DNA of 63,845 nucleotides, filler included, from Platydemus manokwari (GCA_037951405.1; 6 parts of 6 records of this genome joined end to end with filler, not necessarily neighbours in it), one strand, 5' to 3'; counted from the whole stretch's first letter, positions 14,201 through 29,400 are shown. Notes: generated by a model not told the origin, from the sequence alone. A program made the numbers and translations.

Positions 14201-17200
14201 CGAATTTTGATTTCGTTATTACAAATGAAAGATTCTGCGTTATAGCGTTGATAATATAAGTGGATGAGACGAAATAAATTATTTATTGAATCAAACAAAA
14301 CAGTTTAATAAAAGCTGTAATCTATTTCGATAATTTTTATACTTAAAAACCTTTAATTTTAATAATTTTTTAAAACACAATTAAAATTAAAGATTTCCAC
14401 AAAAATTAGTTTAATTTAATAAATCGAATTATAAATGATAGAAAATCAACTAAATTTCATGACTAATTATCACAATATCAAGGCATCTCATTTCGACACA
14501 CGGAAATATAGGTAGATGCAAACAAAATTTTAAATTTTACGGTTTTAACATTAATATTAGATGAAAACCTTTACCGTCTGATTATTAAGGCTTATTATAA
14601 TTTACATTTTGTAAATAACCTCCCATTATTTTGTTAACCGTATAAATATCTTCATCCAATTCTTTGTCACCTACATAATATCTGTTTATTATCACTTGAG
14701 GATTTTATAGGATTTTATATATAGTGATACTGCTTGAAATAGAGAAAACGTTCATTTATTTCGTGTTATTTAATGCCTTTTGAATCATTCAACCTTAATA
14801 TGGACTCAGGAGATCGAATTAGTAAGAACATAATTTATTATAATCGCAAAGCTAAATATAATATAAGACCCTAAAACTATACAATATAACCCTTTCCCAG
14901 CCTTCAAAAAATAATAATAAATTATAATAACCTAAACAATGATAATAATAATTATAATTATAACATATAATAATGATAATAATAATATTAGCATAATTTT
15001 TTTATATAATGATAATCACCGAATAATATGACGAATTGCGTAGAGCGAAGTTGAGAAAGAGAAAAGATGTTTGAAATATTTAACATCATTATCATAAATA
15101 CTCATCCTACACCATGGTGAATATCGACACAATTCGATAGTTATAACGACATATAATTACACTCGATGACAACCATTATTTGAAACATAAGAGACGCTAT
15201 AGAGTAGTCTACAGTAAACAACGCAGTTGTTTATAAGAATTATAAATTGTAAATAAATATGAATTCAGATCGATTTTAAACGTGTTCGACATGTTCCAGT
15301 TAAATAGACAGTAGGATTAATGAACCTTGAACTTTTTCCTGGAACTATTTCCGCATACCTCTGTTAATTCAAACAACCCATTACTATGCCAGATTCAACG
15401 GCAATTATTATATCATGTCTGACCTTCGAAAATGAAATATATTAGCTTGATAAACAAATACGTGGCTAAGCTTATCTATGATTTTGAAGCCTTCATTGAT
15501 TTCATTTTAGATATTAAGTCGGCATAAAATAAATTGATCCTGATGTAGGGTGTGTGTTGATGTGAAATCAATATATATATACTACAATTATGTGTGGAAT
15601 ATCTTTGGATTCAAATTCATCGAACAGAATACATGATTATGAAACCGTTCTATCATATAATGATTCTATCAGTATATTGCTTGTCACTCTTACATCATTT
15701 AACTCAAAAGCCCTTTAACATGACAGAATTTCGATCATCTTTGTGAAGAGTTGAATGTTGAATGTTGTCTTTAATTGTTGTTACATAACACTTGTATGTC
15801 GGGTTATTTGTTGAGATTCGAAATAGATTTAGATAAATCTGCGCGCAGTGTTCCAAACGGGTACTAAAATTGATTATAATTATGAGATGATATTTATTGG
15901 AATAAAAGTTAAAACAAAAATATACAACGATTGATAAAAACAAGAATAAAGCCAACAATAAAATAACATAACCATGGGTTATTGATTGTCATAGCCTTAA
16001 TTTTATTGATTAGTTTATGAATCGTAATTATTAAGTGTTCCCCAACAAAAATCCTCTGATCGAAGGTTGCCAAAGGCAATAGGCATCACTAACGTACATT
16101 AAGTACGAATCGATTGACAGGGTTTTTCTCGGACTGGATTTTAGATTTGGTAAATGCAAGAACTCTTCTGAGAGTAAAGAATGATTACGAAAATTTAGTT
16201 TATCTAGCAAAAAATGGGTTAATGAATCTTTCGAATGGTGAAAGACGATTTAATTTTGAATAGGTGATGAATTGTTGTGGCAGTAACGAACAAGCAAAAC
16301 ACAAATTTTAAAAGTAAATGTCGAGCATGATCATATTCATGATCATCGAATTGAAATGTCTGTGATTTATCTTCCGAATTCGAATTGACAATATAACTGA
16401 TTTTCTAATGATCGCTGATTCTTATATAAAATGATAAATGGGATCGTAATCAAGTTTCGATTAATATTTTGTCATGATGGTCATTTCTTCTAGTTGTCTA
16501 AATTCATGAATATTTTAAATAATCTTCTGTTCGTCATTGAAACCTATCTATCCGTGTTCCAACGTCTTATAGTTTCCACTGGATTTATCATTAAACCAGC
16601 CTGACTATGACAATTATTTACGCAAATCATTAAAATAGTTTGGAAGCTCCAATGATAAACGTACCATTAGCACTGAAGAAAAAGAACAATGACGCGAAGT
16701 TGATTATATTATTCGAAATAAACATTATATAATTTATTTGTATCCCAGTGTTAGAACTATAAAAGCCAACTTGGCACTCTATCTACTATTCAAGTGAAAT
16801 CCAATTCAAATAATTCAACAATAAATATCAAGATAAAATCTCTGTTGGAGAGTAATTAGAAACTATCGTTAGAATAGTCAGAATAAAAAGGAAAAGCTTT
16901 ACGTTTAAATTTTCATCGGTAATCCTTAAAATCTCTCATAAGATGGTTTATGAAGCTGGTTGAAATAGTTTCATTTTCTCTTACAGTCAAAAGAATCGGT
17001 TTCATTCATAATTTTCTTTCCCATAAATGACATGCTTTTGTCATCACGTGATTCTATTTAATTGTAGTCAATCCAAATTGTTTCTTGAATCGTCACACAA
17101 TCTCCTTCCCATATTTTCAATCCATCCAATCAAAACGAAGAATTCAAATCGATGAAATGAATTTTTCTATAATTTTATTTTCATTTTCAAATCTCACAGG

Positions 17201-20200
17201 CACACATTTGTCTAAGATTTTTCTATGATTCATACCGTTGAGTTTTCGCATGGAAACAGATATGAAGAAAACATTTATGTAATTCCTTTTTCAACCCCAT
17301 TTAATTCATTTCTAAAATCGAATTATGTGCTGATGTTAGGCTTCCTTAGAAATGACAGAGATTTCAGGAAATATTCAGATATTATAAAAGAGCATCAAAA
17401 CACTTCCATGAATGCTTGCATTCAGTTTTGTGAGATTCTCAAATAATGTCTTGCTCATATTTTAGATATAATAATCTCATCCGGTTGATTTGTTAGTGTT
17501 AAATTGGCTTCAGCAATATTATTTGATTTAAAAGCAAAATTAATGCGCTACCTGAATGATTTTGTCATATGACTGTGATTATATTTATTTATAATAGATG
17601 ATATCAGAAGTTTTTGCCTGAAAAAATCAATTCAAATCCTCATTTTATTGACTACTGACTATTTGTAAGCTTCTTGTCACAGGGCTTATGGAACAATACA
17701 CATATTGCATCTGATATCCCTTCAATTTGTGATTTGTTTAAGATTTTCATAAATTTAATGAAAAGTTTTTAACATAATTTCGATCGTTTTTTAGTACATT
17801 GTGCAAATAATCGATAATAATTATGATTTTCTTTTTTGATATATAAATATTTATATGAACTCATTTTTATTTTAATAAGACGGAATTTTCCAAGAGAGTT
17901 TTTAAATAAAAGTTCGAATAGATTCCAAATTGTACACGGAATCAGAAAGAATCAAGAATCATGGATGTGCTTGAAAAAATCGATTTTTAACAGATATATT
18001 GATTTTTAAAGAGTTCATTTATATTCAAAATAAGCTAATATATAATTTTTAAAAATTAGAATGATATTTTTGAAAAATCAATAAATTTCCAATAAATCTA
18101 AACAAAGCAATGAGAAATATAATTACACACATTTTAATATAAATTATTAAATAATGATTTAAATTTTATAAATATATTATCAAAATATCGATTTTATTAT
18201 TCAAATAATATGAATATAAAATTAATTCAGTTAATAAAATTAATTTAATTATATTAAATGTGATTATCTGATAGAAAAATCAATAAAAAAATATAAATTC
18301 AATATCACATCGATTTTTAAATCTTATTTCCACACCCTTATTTAATTATTGAAATCTTAGCCATTTAATTTAAACAAGAAATAAATCAATGAAATTTTTG
18401 TTGTTTTATCCAATGTACTTCACATCCAAATCAAAACAATAAATATTTCATCCAATGACAAGCATGAATTATGTATTTTCATCAAGACAAAATGGCTCCA
18501 ATAGGTCTGGAGTCTGTCAACTTGAAAGATAATTTATGTCAAAAAAAGAATTCGATAATTTAATATATTTTCAGCTCGAAATTTGGTAGAAATTATTGAT
18601 TTTTTCATTTCTAACAATGTTCATTTAATGGAATTAAAATTGTACGGGTTTCTCTTCAGTGAAAATTATTTTCATTTCTGATTTATTTGTTAAATAAAGC
18701 TTGATTTACTGGGATTGGTTAATAATATTTTAAACATTTGTTTTTAAATATTCGATCGATTTCTCCTCGTTATTAAAACTCACCCATTTTGGGATTTAAT
18801 CTCGTTTTACTAATGAGAGATATCGATGAAAAAATTTTCAACGAAATGGCAAATAGACCAAATAAAATAAAACGCCAAAAAATTCTGTCTTGGCGAAGAT
18901 TTTCATTGGATAAATCGGTTGGCTTCTGGTATTATTTATCTTTGAAAAAATATTTGTCATTAAAATGAAATTTTTATCGTCTATTTTCACTATAATTAGC
19001 CTGATGGTTTTGATCAACATTCGTTCACATGGTAACGAAAATATAGGTTTATTAATGTTTGTTTTAATCAAGTATAAAATTAAATTGAGGAAAAACAGAA
19101 AAAAATTCCCAAAAAATTATGGATGGAAGTAAAGAGGGTTTAAAGTTTAATTTTTTTTTAATAATTAAAATCTAAATATTTTTAAAATTAAAAAAAATGT
19201 AAAATATCTTCATAATAATTTGTTTAAATCAATTTGACCAATCATTCTGTTTCGGTGTTTTATACCGCTTGTTGTAATCAAATTCATACAGAACCATCGC
19301 CTCATTTCTGCAGATAAAAGTTTATTGATTTTCTGCCTTTGGCACTGTATTCAAATAGATAAAATAACTTAATAAGAAAAATCTTTTTTCACCAATTACG
19401 AATGTCAATATTATTAAAATTTAGAAAGTGAAATCATCGATTGAAATTAATATTTATTATCTTATGTTATTTTTTATAAAAACAAATTTTGTATAAACAT
19501 ATCAGATAAACATTCTTTAATTCGCAAAGATTATTAGAAAAATTGATGAATTCAAATCAAGATAAATATCAAAAAATCAATAAAGATTTATGATCGATTC
19601 CAATGGATTGTATTTCAATTCAAGTCAATCGGTTTAATAAGACATATTCTGACGGAATCGATATTAATTCAGCTTGATAAACATATGATAAGGATTACAC
19701 GATAATATATTAAAATCGGCAAAGGAAATTGATAATCGAATCAAATATAAGTTTAATCCAACAAAACAAAAAAAACGATAAGGGATATCAGATTATATCA
19801 AAGACGACAATGTTAATATATTCGTTATTATCATAACTCAATCGTTTAATTGCTGGTTATAACATATGCGGGACAATAAAATTACAAACAGACATCAATG
19901 GCAGAAAATTGGAACTATATGCTCCCATAGAAACACCATTGAAATAGTGAAACTGTCATTCATTACTGAATTAAAAAAAATATATAAATAATTTACTTCA
20001 TCTATTAGCGTTCATAATATCTCGTTGCTAGTCATGAGGCGGAATCTATTGTGCTATTATTATCCAATAGATTTTTCTGATGATTATTTTACTCTTGATT
20101 TTCATACAAAAACCAAATTTATAAATTTAAGATAGAAAAAATAAAGAAAACTCTTCGGATAAAAATATATTGAAATATAGATTTAACAATTTATCGAGCA

Positions 20201-20240
20201 AAATTAAAATGACCCCTCCCTTGCCAAATTCTTGAAACAA

Positions 20241-20372
20241 TCAATTCAAACCTTTAAATTTCGCCGCTAGTGATTTTGCTGTATTGGGAGGTGGATAATC
20301 ATCTTCAACAAGATCGTCATGTCGTATTATGTCGGTCGACTGGGATGACATTTCATTAAAATGTGATGTGCT
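20241..20372 (-). CDS. Terminal exon of gene C (STSHFNEM...EDDYPPPNTAKSLAAKFKGLN*)
   Basis: Acceptor ttttgcag|; 132 nt = 44 codons; TGA at 20241-20243; carries a copy of the internal motif. Confidence 0.8.
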   Translation of the reverse strand, partial: STSHFNEMSSQSTDIIRHDDLVEDDYPPPNTAKSLAAKFKGLN

Positions 20373-20850
20373 CTGCAAAAGAAAATCAATCATTTCACAT
20401 CAAACAAATGTAATTATATTGAACAAATCTCGGAAGCTCAGCAAAATGAAATTTAAAAAGCGAAAAATCTTTTATTGAGAATATTTATAGCGATAATCCT
20501 CTGATATAGATAAATATCTTAATATGTATAATTCTATTTCGATCAATATATTCAATAGACTCTAATCAGTTCACAACAAAAATTGATGAACACCCAATCA
20601 TTTTCTTAAGTAGCGAACAGATTATGCAGAATTAAGATGATTGATGACAACCAAAGAGCTGAATTGAGAGGGAGAAACATTTTCTGCTTTTTGTCACTTA
20701 TAAAATTAAAGCGATCTTAAAAATTCCGATATTTTTCATTTTAAAATTACTGGTCATTTCTTTAAAAAGGATTAAAATATGAGAATTAATAAAAATGGTA
20801 CGTAATAAAAACGCACGTGACAAAGAAATTAAACATGTAAAATATCGAAC

Positions 20851-21027
20851 TTTATTTGTTTTCCTAGGTGTGCCACAAGTTGATGACGGCGTCTTATCAG
20901 ATGAATATAATGATTTGCTCTCTATACTGCTCCAAAGAGATAAAAGATTCTTAGTAATTCCTGGAGTAGGCAATTCATCTAAGACATCTTCTGTTGATTC
21001 ATCCAAGCCAACACTGTTTGTCCGCAC
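20851..21027 (-). CDS. Penultimate exon of gene C (VRTNSVGLDESTEDVLDELPTPGITKNLLSLWSSIE...RKTNK)
   Basis: Acceptor caacag|, donor |gttcga; 177 nt, phase 0/0, in frame with both neighbours. Confidence 0.8.
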
Positions 21028-21078
21028 CTGTTGACGTAAATAAAATTAAATGATAAATATTGTAGACAAAACTAATAC

Positions 21079-21239
21079 ATTAGCGGATTTCATGTTTTGT
21101 TGGCCGGAAGACAACTGTCTTGGAAACAATGACTCAATTCCAGACGCTGATTCTAATTGGCGGAATTTTTCCACGATATTTCTTGTAATTTGTGGAGGAG
21201 GTAGATCATCTGTTTGGGTGTTTTCAGTTATTATATTTC
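21079..21239 (-). CDS. Exon of gene C (NIITENTQTDDLPPPQITRNIVEKFRQLE...KSAN)
   Basis: Acceptor gaacag|, donor |gtatta; 51-nt mini-intron to the next exon; open in frame. Confidence 0.8.
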
Positions 21240-23097
21240 CTGTTCATTATAATTAACATGACTCATTATGTTGTATTACGTAACATGCAGTCTATTAATT
21301 TTAATAGTCATAGCCAAAATAGCTTCTTTTACATGTGCTTTACAGAATTAAAATTCATGTTGACATAATAATAATTATTATAACAATAATAATTTTGTGA
21401 AGAATATTAAAAAAACTAATAAATTTTTGTAAAAATCTTTAAAAAAATAAAAAAAATCATATTTTTGTTTATGAAATTTAAATTCTGATTGAGATAGACT
21501 ATTTCAAACTCTCGGAAAATAATTAAATTATTGTGTTTAATGGGATATATTTTCAAAGGCTAAATAATAAGTGAAATCAATAATTCTGACAGTGTAAATG
21601 CTGTAGCTACCCCGCTAACAGTAATAAGTTCTTTGTACCCTTAAATCGAGCACATCATTAAGTGTGGCATTCCACGCTCACCAATATTTAAATTTTTTAA
21701 AACTATTTATCTTTTTCATTTATATAAATATAAATTGATTTGCTCGTAATTTCTGACATTCTATGTGAAGAGAACATTTTCAGACTTCTTCATTCCAACA
21801 TTAAAATAAATCGATTTACAAGATCCTCAATAATAGTTTTTAATAATTAAGCCGAACGGTTATTTAGTTAAAGTACTACAATATCCGTCGATGGACCCCT
21901 CATTTGAATTGTCATCCGTTCAATCACTAAACCACACATACTGATGAATAAGCCGAACATTGAACGATAAATATCGATCATGGATCTTGATGCCGATTTA
22001 TACAAACAGGTGTAGAGTAGAAAATCAGAATAGAAACGCGTAATGAAATCGGAAAATGAAATTGCAGCAAGTCAGGGGTATATAAATAATTAAAAGCAAT
22101 TTCCTCCTACATTTTAAATATATCATCACATAAACATAAAGACGGTAAAAAGTTCCTTTATTAATTCCAAAAACATTATAAATAATATTATAATTATTAT
22201 AATCGTGTTGAATACGCACGCTCACATAAGGATATAATGTATTTACAACAATTGCTCGCTTTTAAGTGCTAAATTACGGTAAATATGAGAAATAGTGTGG
22301 TGAATTACTAAATGTAGGCTAGAACTTTTATACTAATATCGATCAAACTATTCTATCTATGGACCACTCCTTAGAATTGTCATTGGTTATTGTAATCATT
22401 TTTTACATTATTAACAACAATATTCATTAAATGACACTCATAAAATCACAGTTCACCAATCGAATGTGCTCACTGTCCATAAAACAATTTTACAGAATCA
22501 CAACACTGCAATAGACGCATAAGCTAACTTCACTTATCACTGAAATTGTTTTGTCGTGTATTGTTCAGATATTTTATTCAGTCGTAATCAACATCGATAA
22601 ATTTATTTATGATTCGTGGAATCTCAGCCACAGCAACAAATGATATCGTTTATCTTGCAACCATAACAACGGAAATGTAGATTAATGATAAATTCTATAA
22701 ATAAATTGCGATCTATAATATTTATCAATTCTATCTATAAAAGCTCCAATGAGAATAAAATATTTGATACATCTCCTTTGTGCTCGAATTGCGAAATAGG
22801 TACAGATGGATGTTATTAATATTATGAATTAGACAATTGTTTAAGTGTATAGATAGATCTCGGCGTGCTCGTCAATGTCATATGTTGTGTTATTGATGAC
22901 TTGAGATATTATCCATGTGCTATATATACATACTGTAAAATCCCGAGTAAAAGCTGCAGATGACATTTTTATAAAAATGTATTTTTTAGCCGTATAAACT
23001 ACAGCACGTTTAGCTGCACAATTTGCGTTAAAAACACATGATTTTAAAATCAGCAACCTATCATTAAAAAACAAATTTCACCGTGACAATAACCATT

Positions 23098-23197
23098 NNN
23101 NNNNNNNNNNNNNNNNNNNNNNNNNNNNNNNNNNNNNNNNNTTAATTAATTAANNNNNNNNNNNNNNNNNNNNNNNNNNNNNNNNNNNNNNNNNNNN
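23098..23197. other. Artificial contig linker
   Basis: N44-TTAATTAATTAA-N44. Confidence 0.97.
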
Positions 23198-24719
23198 ATT
23201 CATTTATTTAAATAATTTTCAGATTTTATCAACAATTTTCAAACTCATTTTTACTAGAAAAGATTTCGATTTTTCTCTCAAAACTACTAAAAAGAAGCTG
23301 TCACATTAATTCATTGTCCTAAAATGTTATTTCAAAGAAATTTAAACGGATCAATCAATGTATAACGGTGATAAGAAATTCAATTACAAAAATCTTGGAG
23401 AAGAATAATAATGGGAATTTTTTCCTAGAAAATTGTAATGAATTAGAATGATAATTTATTATCATCAAAATTTTATACATCAATTTGCATGAGAAGATAA
23501 ATAAATAGATAAACAATTTATTATTAACTTGAATTTAATATAAAAATTAAGTGACCCGATAAAAAAATGCTTAACAACGACTAGTTTAATCTGCAGAAAA
23601 AATAATAAATGAATCAAATAAATTGTTTAAAATCTATTTACCTATCTATCTATTTTATTATCTATTTTATTGGTGGGGATCGGACATAGACAATGATTAT
23701 TGATATTGGTGTATTATTTTATTGATGTGACATTTTATCAATGTATCATTTTTAGTGTAACAATTCTTAAAAAATGATAATAATCGAATGGACCGATGTA
23801 TAAAAGTAGCATTTTATTTTATGCATGAATGTTCTTGCAAATGTAAAAATTATGTCAAGACAATTTTCATAAAAAGGAATTTTGATTCATTGAGCCTTTG
23901 ACAAATTTTTGGATTAATAATTAATAGGAAAAAATAATCATTATAAAATAATATTTATAATTACATTAGAAACGGATTTTAAAAGACAAATATACATTAT
24001 TGCGTAATAATGCGAAAATTTATAACTTAGAGAATTTGAAAATAATAATAATTATTAAATTTTAATAAAATCTGATATTTTACAAGGTGTTTTCAAGTTG
24101 AAACGAAAGGGCAATAGAATTAAACTAAATGCCTGAAGAATAAACTTTAAAAAATGTAACGAAAAAAAGTATTGTGATACAATAAAAGCTCAACTATCGG
24201 AACAATATGTAGGGGTTAAAATCATCAGAATCTTTACCTCAAATTCATAACTGGAAACCACTAGAAGATCTGTATTTGCTCGACAGAAGTATTTGCTATA
24301 ATTACCATTTGCGAAGTCATTTTCCGTTAACGTGAGTTTTAATTATGGTTAAACCACTGATCTGAGCCATATAGCTATCGTTTATTATTCTAAACTAGAG
24401 CTTTGTCTCACAAAAAACTCGTCAGGTATCTGGTTTTGCTCCAAGAGGAGAAGTTTATGATTCATTCTTCATTCCAGATTTTTGTTACGGCAATCGTTAA
24501 AGTGTATACAATATTTTGCCAAGATCATTGCTATTTGTAATTTTATGTTTCAGTTATCGTTGTAGTAATATGATCATAATAATAAATCAATAAATATTAA
24601 TGTATTAAATCGACTGCTCATGGATTGAAGTGATAATAAATATTAAGTTGTATAGGAATTAAGGTACCATAGAAATTGAGACTGATAAGTTATGTTTTAT
24701 AAGATCATTGTTACAATTG

Positions 24720-24800
24720 TTAGACAACTAATGTTTATTTCGCATAAAATGTCCCTCACGACTCTTTGAAAAATCCCCTACGTCGCCTTTGAAACATATA
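24720..24800 (-). mobile_element. Possible decayed Gypsy RT fragment (FQRVVRDILCE)
   Basis: Resembles the FQRxMxxIL segment preceding YxDD; very short. Confidence 0.25.
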
Positions 24801-25199
24801 ATGTTTTTTTATAGTTGTATTTTCCTGCTATGGGTCCGTAGCTCTAACGGGTTTCGAGTAACGGGGGCAGCAAATCTTTGAGCTACCCGGTGATTTTCTT
24901 TTGATCTTTTGGCTTTTTTCGAATGTAGACAAGTAGACTGTTACGAGAAGTTTAGTCGTGAATATTTCTAAGGAATTCGTTGTTATTGACAATTATGTGT
25001 TGACACCATATTTGCAGGATCTTCTATCGAGTTTGTGTTGGGAGCAGGTCATTTATTGATTGTCGATAGATTGATTGAAGATAAAAAATTTATGTGCTTA
25101 TTGTCTAAAGCCAATCACTTAAGTATTTTATCATTATATGGGTCCCATGATCATAAAGCTCCTACATTAAGGACATCTAGTTTTGTTTGGTGTTTTGTG

Positions 25200-25740
25200 G
25201 TGGTTGCGATTTGTAATGTAAAGGATTTGTATTTTTCATAATTTAAAGTACGGTGCAGGGTGAAATTTCTGACTATGTCATATGGAACTTTAAGGTCTAT
25301 TATAAATGCATGTTTTTCCTATCAGATCATGAAGTCCGGTCGAAGCTTAGAATCTTAGTATATTTTACTGCTTTTTCATGGTTTAGCTGAGCAGTGTACG
25401 AACACATGAGCAGCAGTTTGAGGCTCAGAGTTACATCTGCGGCAAAGGATGGATTTGTTGAATTTAATGAAGTATGTGAAGTAATTGAGTAGAACTAAAT
25501 TTTTACAGGGCCAGTTAGTGAAAATCCAGACTTCAGGAGCTAGGTGATGACCATAAGGGGTTTTCGTGAAAGAGGAGAGGAGGAGAAGCAGTGGGATAGT
25601 CGACTTTGTTTTTTAAGTAATTTCCATTGATTAAAGAAAGACATTTGGACCACGTCATGCACAATATCGGAGAGTTTATTCCTATTGTCGATTGAAAAGA
25701 AGTATTTTGGGTCATTATTGAGTAAACTGAAGAAAGAAAA
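25200..25740 (-). mobile_element. Decayed non-LTR retrotransposon 3' region (L1/Tx1-like zf-RVT)
   Basis: CRRCNSEPQTAAHVFVHC at 25391-25444 matches the CxxC...H...C zinc motif of LINE ORF2 C-termini. Boundaries approximate. Confidence 0.6.
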
Positions 25741-28369
25741 TATAATACGATTTATAGTTGTACCTTAGGACTTGAATCCAGAACTCATAGCAACTGATCA
25801 AGACAACTTCGATCTTCAATAAATTGCAAATAGCCTTAGAGAGTGATAATAAAATAAAACCTCTAAGCCCCAAAAACAAAATTATTATCTATTTTATTAT
25901 TTATTATTATTATTAACCTTGAGTATCAGATTAAAATTAGCCACTGTTGTTCCCATTGATCTAGCAGACATTCACAAGCTTTAATCAAGTTTTCAAATGA
26001 AAAGATGAATGAATTTTTTTCTATTCACGTAATATATTGATATTCGTTTTGCATTATTAAGTAGATGAAGACTGCCTGTTGGGGATTTGACAACAATATA
26101 AATAGAGTTGATTCGATCATTTGGGATTTGTTAATCCAACATTAGCTTCAAATCGAAACATTGCAATACATGCTGAACATGCACAAATCAATATGAATTA
26201 CCTACAATCTATTTCTGAAGGATTTGTAAAAATTTAAAATGCCTTTAATAAAAGACATTATTTTTGATATTTCAGTTTTAAAACATAGATAAGCACATCT
26301 AAAAAGTAATTCGTATTGCTAAATGAACTCCTAGGAGTTAATAGATTTGTTAATAAATTTAAATTCTAATATTAAGCAACCTTTGATGGTAATTTGATTG
26401 TTATTAATATTGTTTGTCATATATTTTTAGATCTGAAAATTAGTTCACATCATAAAAGTTGAAAGTGAAATCGTTGGACAAACAACTAGAAGAGAATTTC
26501 ATTTACTATAATGATACACGTTCTGGATTGGAATATCAATATGGAATATCAATGTTGAATTAAGAACCACGAAAATACAAAGTTTCTATATATAAAAATC
26601 AGGTCTTTATTCAACGTATAATATCATTATTATTACCATGACAGATTGGTTCAAAAGTATTTTATTTTATCAAAATTGACAAGCTAAACTCCAATTAAGC
26701 GATTACCATTTGTTTCACGAGACTAATTATTCGATCATGAGTCAAACGTGTGATAGAATGTTTGTCACATATTTTCAAATTATTGAAATCATTAATGTAG
26801 ATCAATGAAAATGAAAAATCAATGACAATGAAATATTATTTCGACAAATTGAAAGTTTGTGAACATATTCTAATGAATTGATAATTCATAAACAAACCAT
26901 GTGTAAAATGATGGTGAGATTTATTATTATTTGTCGTCATTACGTTTGATTGAAATCAGATCTTGATGATCGGATCATGAGCTAATTTTCGTCTAATGTT
27001 CACATTGTTTTTGAATGATATATTTATAATTATTTAAAGCTTAGAAATGGTTCTTGTAAACGTCATTGGTTGTTGTTATTTTCATCATTAGCTAGCTAAA
27101 ATTAGCTTAGATTTTATGATATATTGCTTTTTAAAATTTATTTTTAATAACCAAACGAATATCGATACAAATTAATTCTGTTTAAGAACTTCAATAAATA
27201 ATGTTGGTAGACATAATTATGACAAGAATAGTTAATTCAATGATCGATTTATTTTGTATTGAATCGCATACAGCCCTCAGTGATTTTTCTATAGACCTTA
27301 TTTTGCTTGATTATATGGTTTATTTAATCAAAATCTTATTCCTCTACTTGATTTTATTAACCTTGGTTTTTTAATTTCGAACATCAAAGCCAAACGACTG
27401 TCAATATTTTTAACAAACACGTTATATTTGCTAAAATGAGGGAATCGCGTTCAGTGTTTTAAAAATAAATCTTATGAGTTGTATTATCAATGATGTTACT
27501 GGCAATGACGCCACTCAAATAAATGCAGAAGCAACTACTAGAGAAATTACCAAAACAAGCGCAGGAAGTTCAGGAATCAAGATCGAAAAATTCGATTTAA
27601 GATATGCCAATAAAGCTGCAAAGCGGATAAGAGATACAGAGGAATGATTAATAATATAAATCGCGTTAGTGTGTTTGATTGAAATATATTGTGAGAAATT
27701 TTCGGTTTTTAGAAAAATTCAAAATTAAAAAATCCATCATGAATATGATTGTGGAAATAGCAAACGCATAGCAATCAGAGAGTCAAGGGTTCGTTCGGAA
27801 GAAAGTGAAAAGCCCAAAATTACATGATAACTCGATTACTTTTCATGGAGTTTTTTCTATAAGTGCCGAACGCTCACTGGAACGTGCAAAAGTAATTACC
27901 GAGTGCTGATTAAAGAAAAGAAAACTAGTTGTCATAATTGTAACTCGATTTAATAGAATGTGTGAAATATTCGAATTTCAGTGGAAAGAGGTAAACACAG
28001 TCTATATATGCATTAGCAAATGTATAGATGAGAAATCCGTTCACTAAACTGTGATCAACAGTTCAACATACTATCATCGAAAGAAGCTAGTGGAGGAGTT
28101 ATCAGGACATGAAAACAGCTTCAATCAAGAATAAAGTTCTGTATCAACGCATTTCATCAATCAACAAATTCTCGTACTTCGAAATTACCTACTGACGGAA
28201 GATCAATGCCCATATCGACTGGAGTCACATGAACTAGACTCGAGAGGATATTGCAGTAGTAGATATTGAATGTATCTTAAAAATTCAAAAGAAGCATATT
28301 TATTTACAAACATTGCATTTTCAGAATTTTTCTTTCGATCTACTCAAATATCACATCAGCTTCTTTACA

Positions 28370-29050
28370 TTGTTACGTGCGGTTAGTTGTCATTGTCCTC
28401 ATACGTAGTTCGTATGGATTGAGACCTGGATACCTCGTTTGAAATTGAAAGTAGTTGTTCACTTCTGCTCGTTTTCTTTTGGTTGTCAATAATAAGTTTT
28501 CTTGCTGTGTTTATCCGATATTGATTCGAGTTGTTTATGTATTTCGAATATATCCAAAGACTATCGATCTCCTTTCAATCGTTAACGCCTTGGTTTTGTG
28601 GGCAGCATCAGAATAAGTTGTATGATTTTTAATTAATCGTGATCTTGATCTCCTTTTAGCATTTTTATCATTATTTTGGGTTTGTCTTGTCTTGTTTCCC
28701 ATTTTAAGATAATCAATCGAAACCGAAATAATTTCGGTGATCTCCACATCCTCACTTATTTGGCCTTGATAACGCTGTATAACCTTTGAGTATAACTACG
28801 GGCGATATGTATAATACTTATCATATTTACAGTAGTTAATCTGATAAAGATGATGTCCCAGCAGATTGAAATTATATGGCCCCCTTCAAAGTGTTCAATT
28901 TTTCGGTACTTTGATAAAATGCAATTTTTTGGGAATCTTTTGATTGAGTTTCTCCTGCGGTTAGAGGCATAATTAGGTCTAAAACCCTGGTGATTATACT
29001 CATCGTAATGAACTATATTAGAGAACAGATAATTTTGTACCAAATGCAAA
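28370..29050 (-). mobile_element. Possible decayed LTR-retrotransposon integrase C-terminal region
   Basis: Broken frames with a TAGETQ segment (cf. TGxTP) and an SRSQSIR segment (cf. RRSxR tails); weak. Confidence 0.25.
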
Positions 29051-29129
29051 AGTATAATAGGATCAACAGATCAAAAATGCTGATTAAATTTTAATTAGTT
29101 CAAAACAGTCATCAGAGTTATTTGATCTA

Positions 29130-29400
29130 CTGATTTCTTTCTTTGATATCTAGCTAATATTATTTTTTCGAATTAAATCTGTTGTGTTTTGGCAAAAATT
29201 GTAATAATAGTTTCGGTTTTTTATTTTTTGCATTGATCCATTCTGCTTGATCGTCTTGAACGCATTCAATATTTGTTTATATGTATTATTTATTAATTTA
29301 TCTTTTCAATTTTTCACTATAAATCTATTATCGCTATTTCAAATGAATTTTTGACAAATACTATTTAATTCAAATCTCGACATCTTCAAAGAAAAATATT
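29130..29400 (+). repeat. Dispersed repeat, copy 1 (direct, diverged copy at ~30850-31200)
   Basis: Colinear shared blocks: tttctttctttg-tat, ctaatattatttttt-gaattaaatc, ggcaaaa-t-gtaata-tagtttcggtt, ttttcaatttttca-tataa, atactatt-aattcaaa. Confidence 0.75.

Noticed and set aside
14083-14298. Poly-Ile hydrophobic ORF
   Set aside because: Translation of the ATT microsatellite.
13531-15865. Candidate short - strand terminal exons near 13664 and 15863
   Set aside because: Acceptors are plausible but several frames are equally open and none is recognisable.
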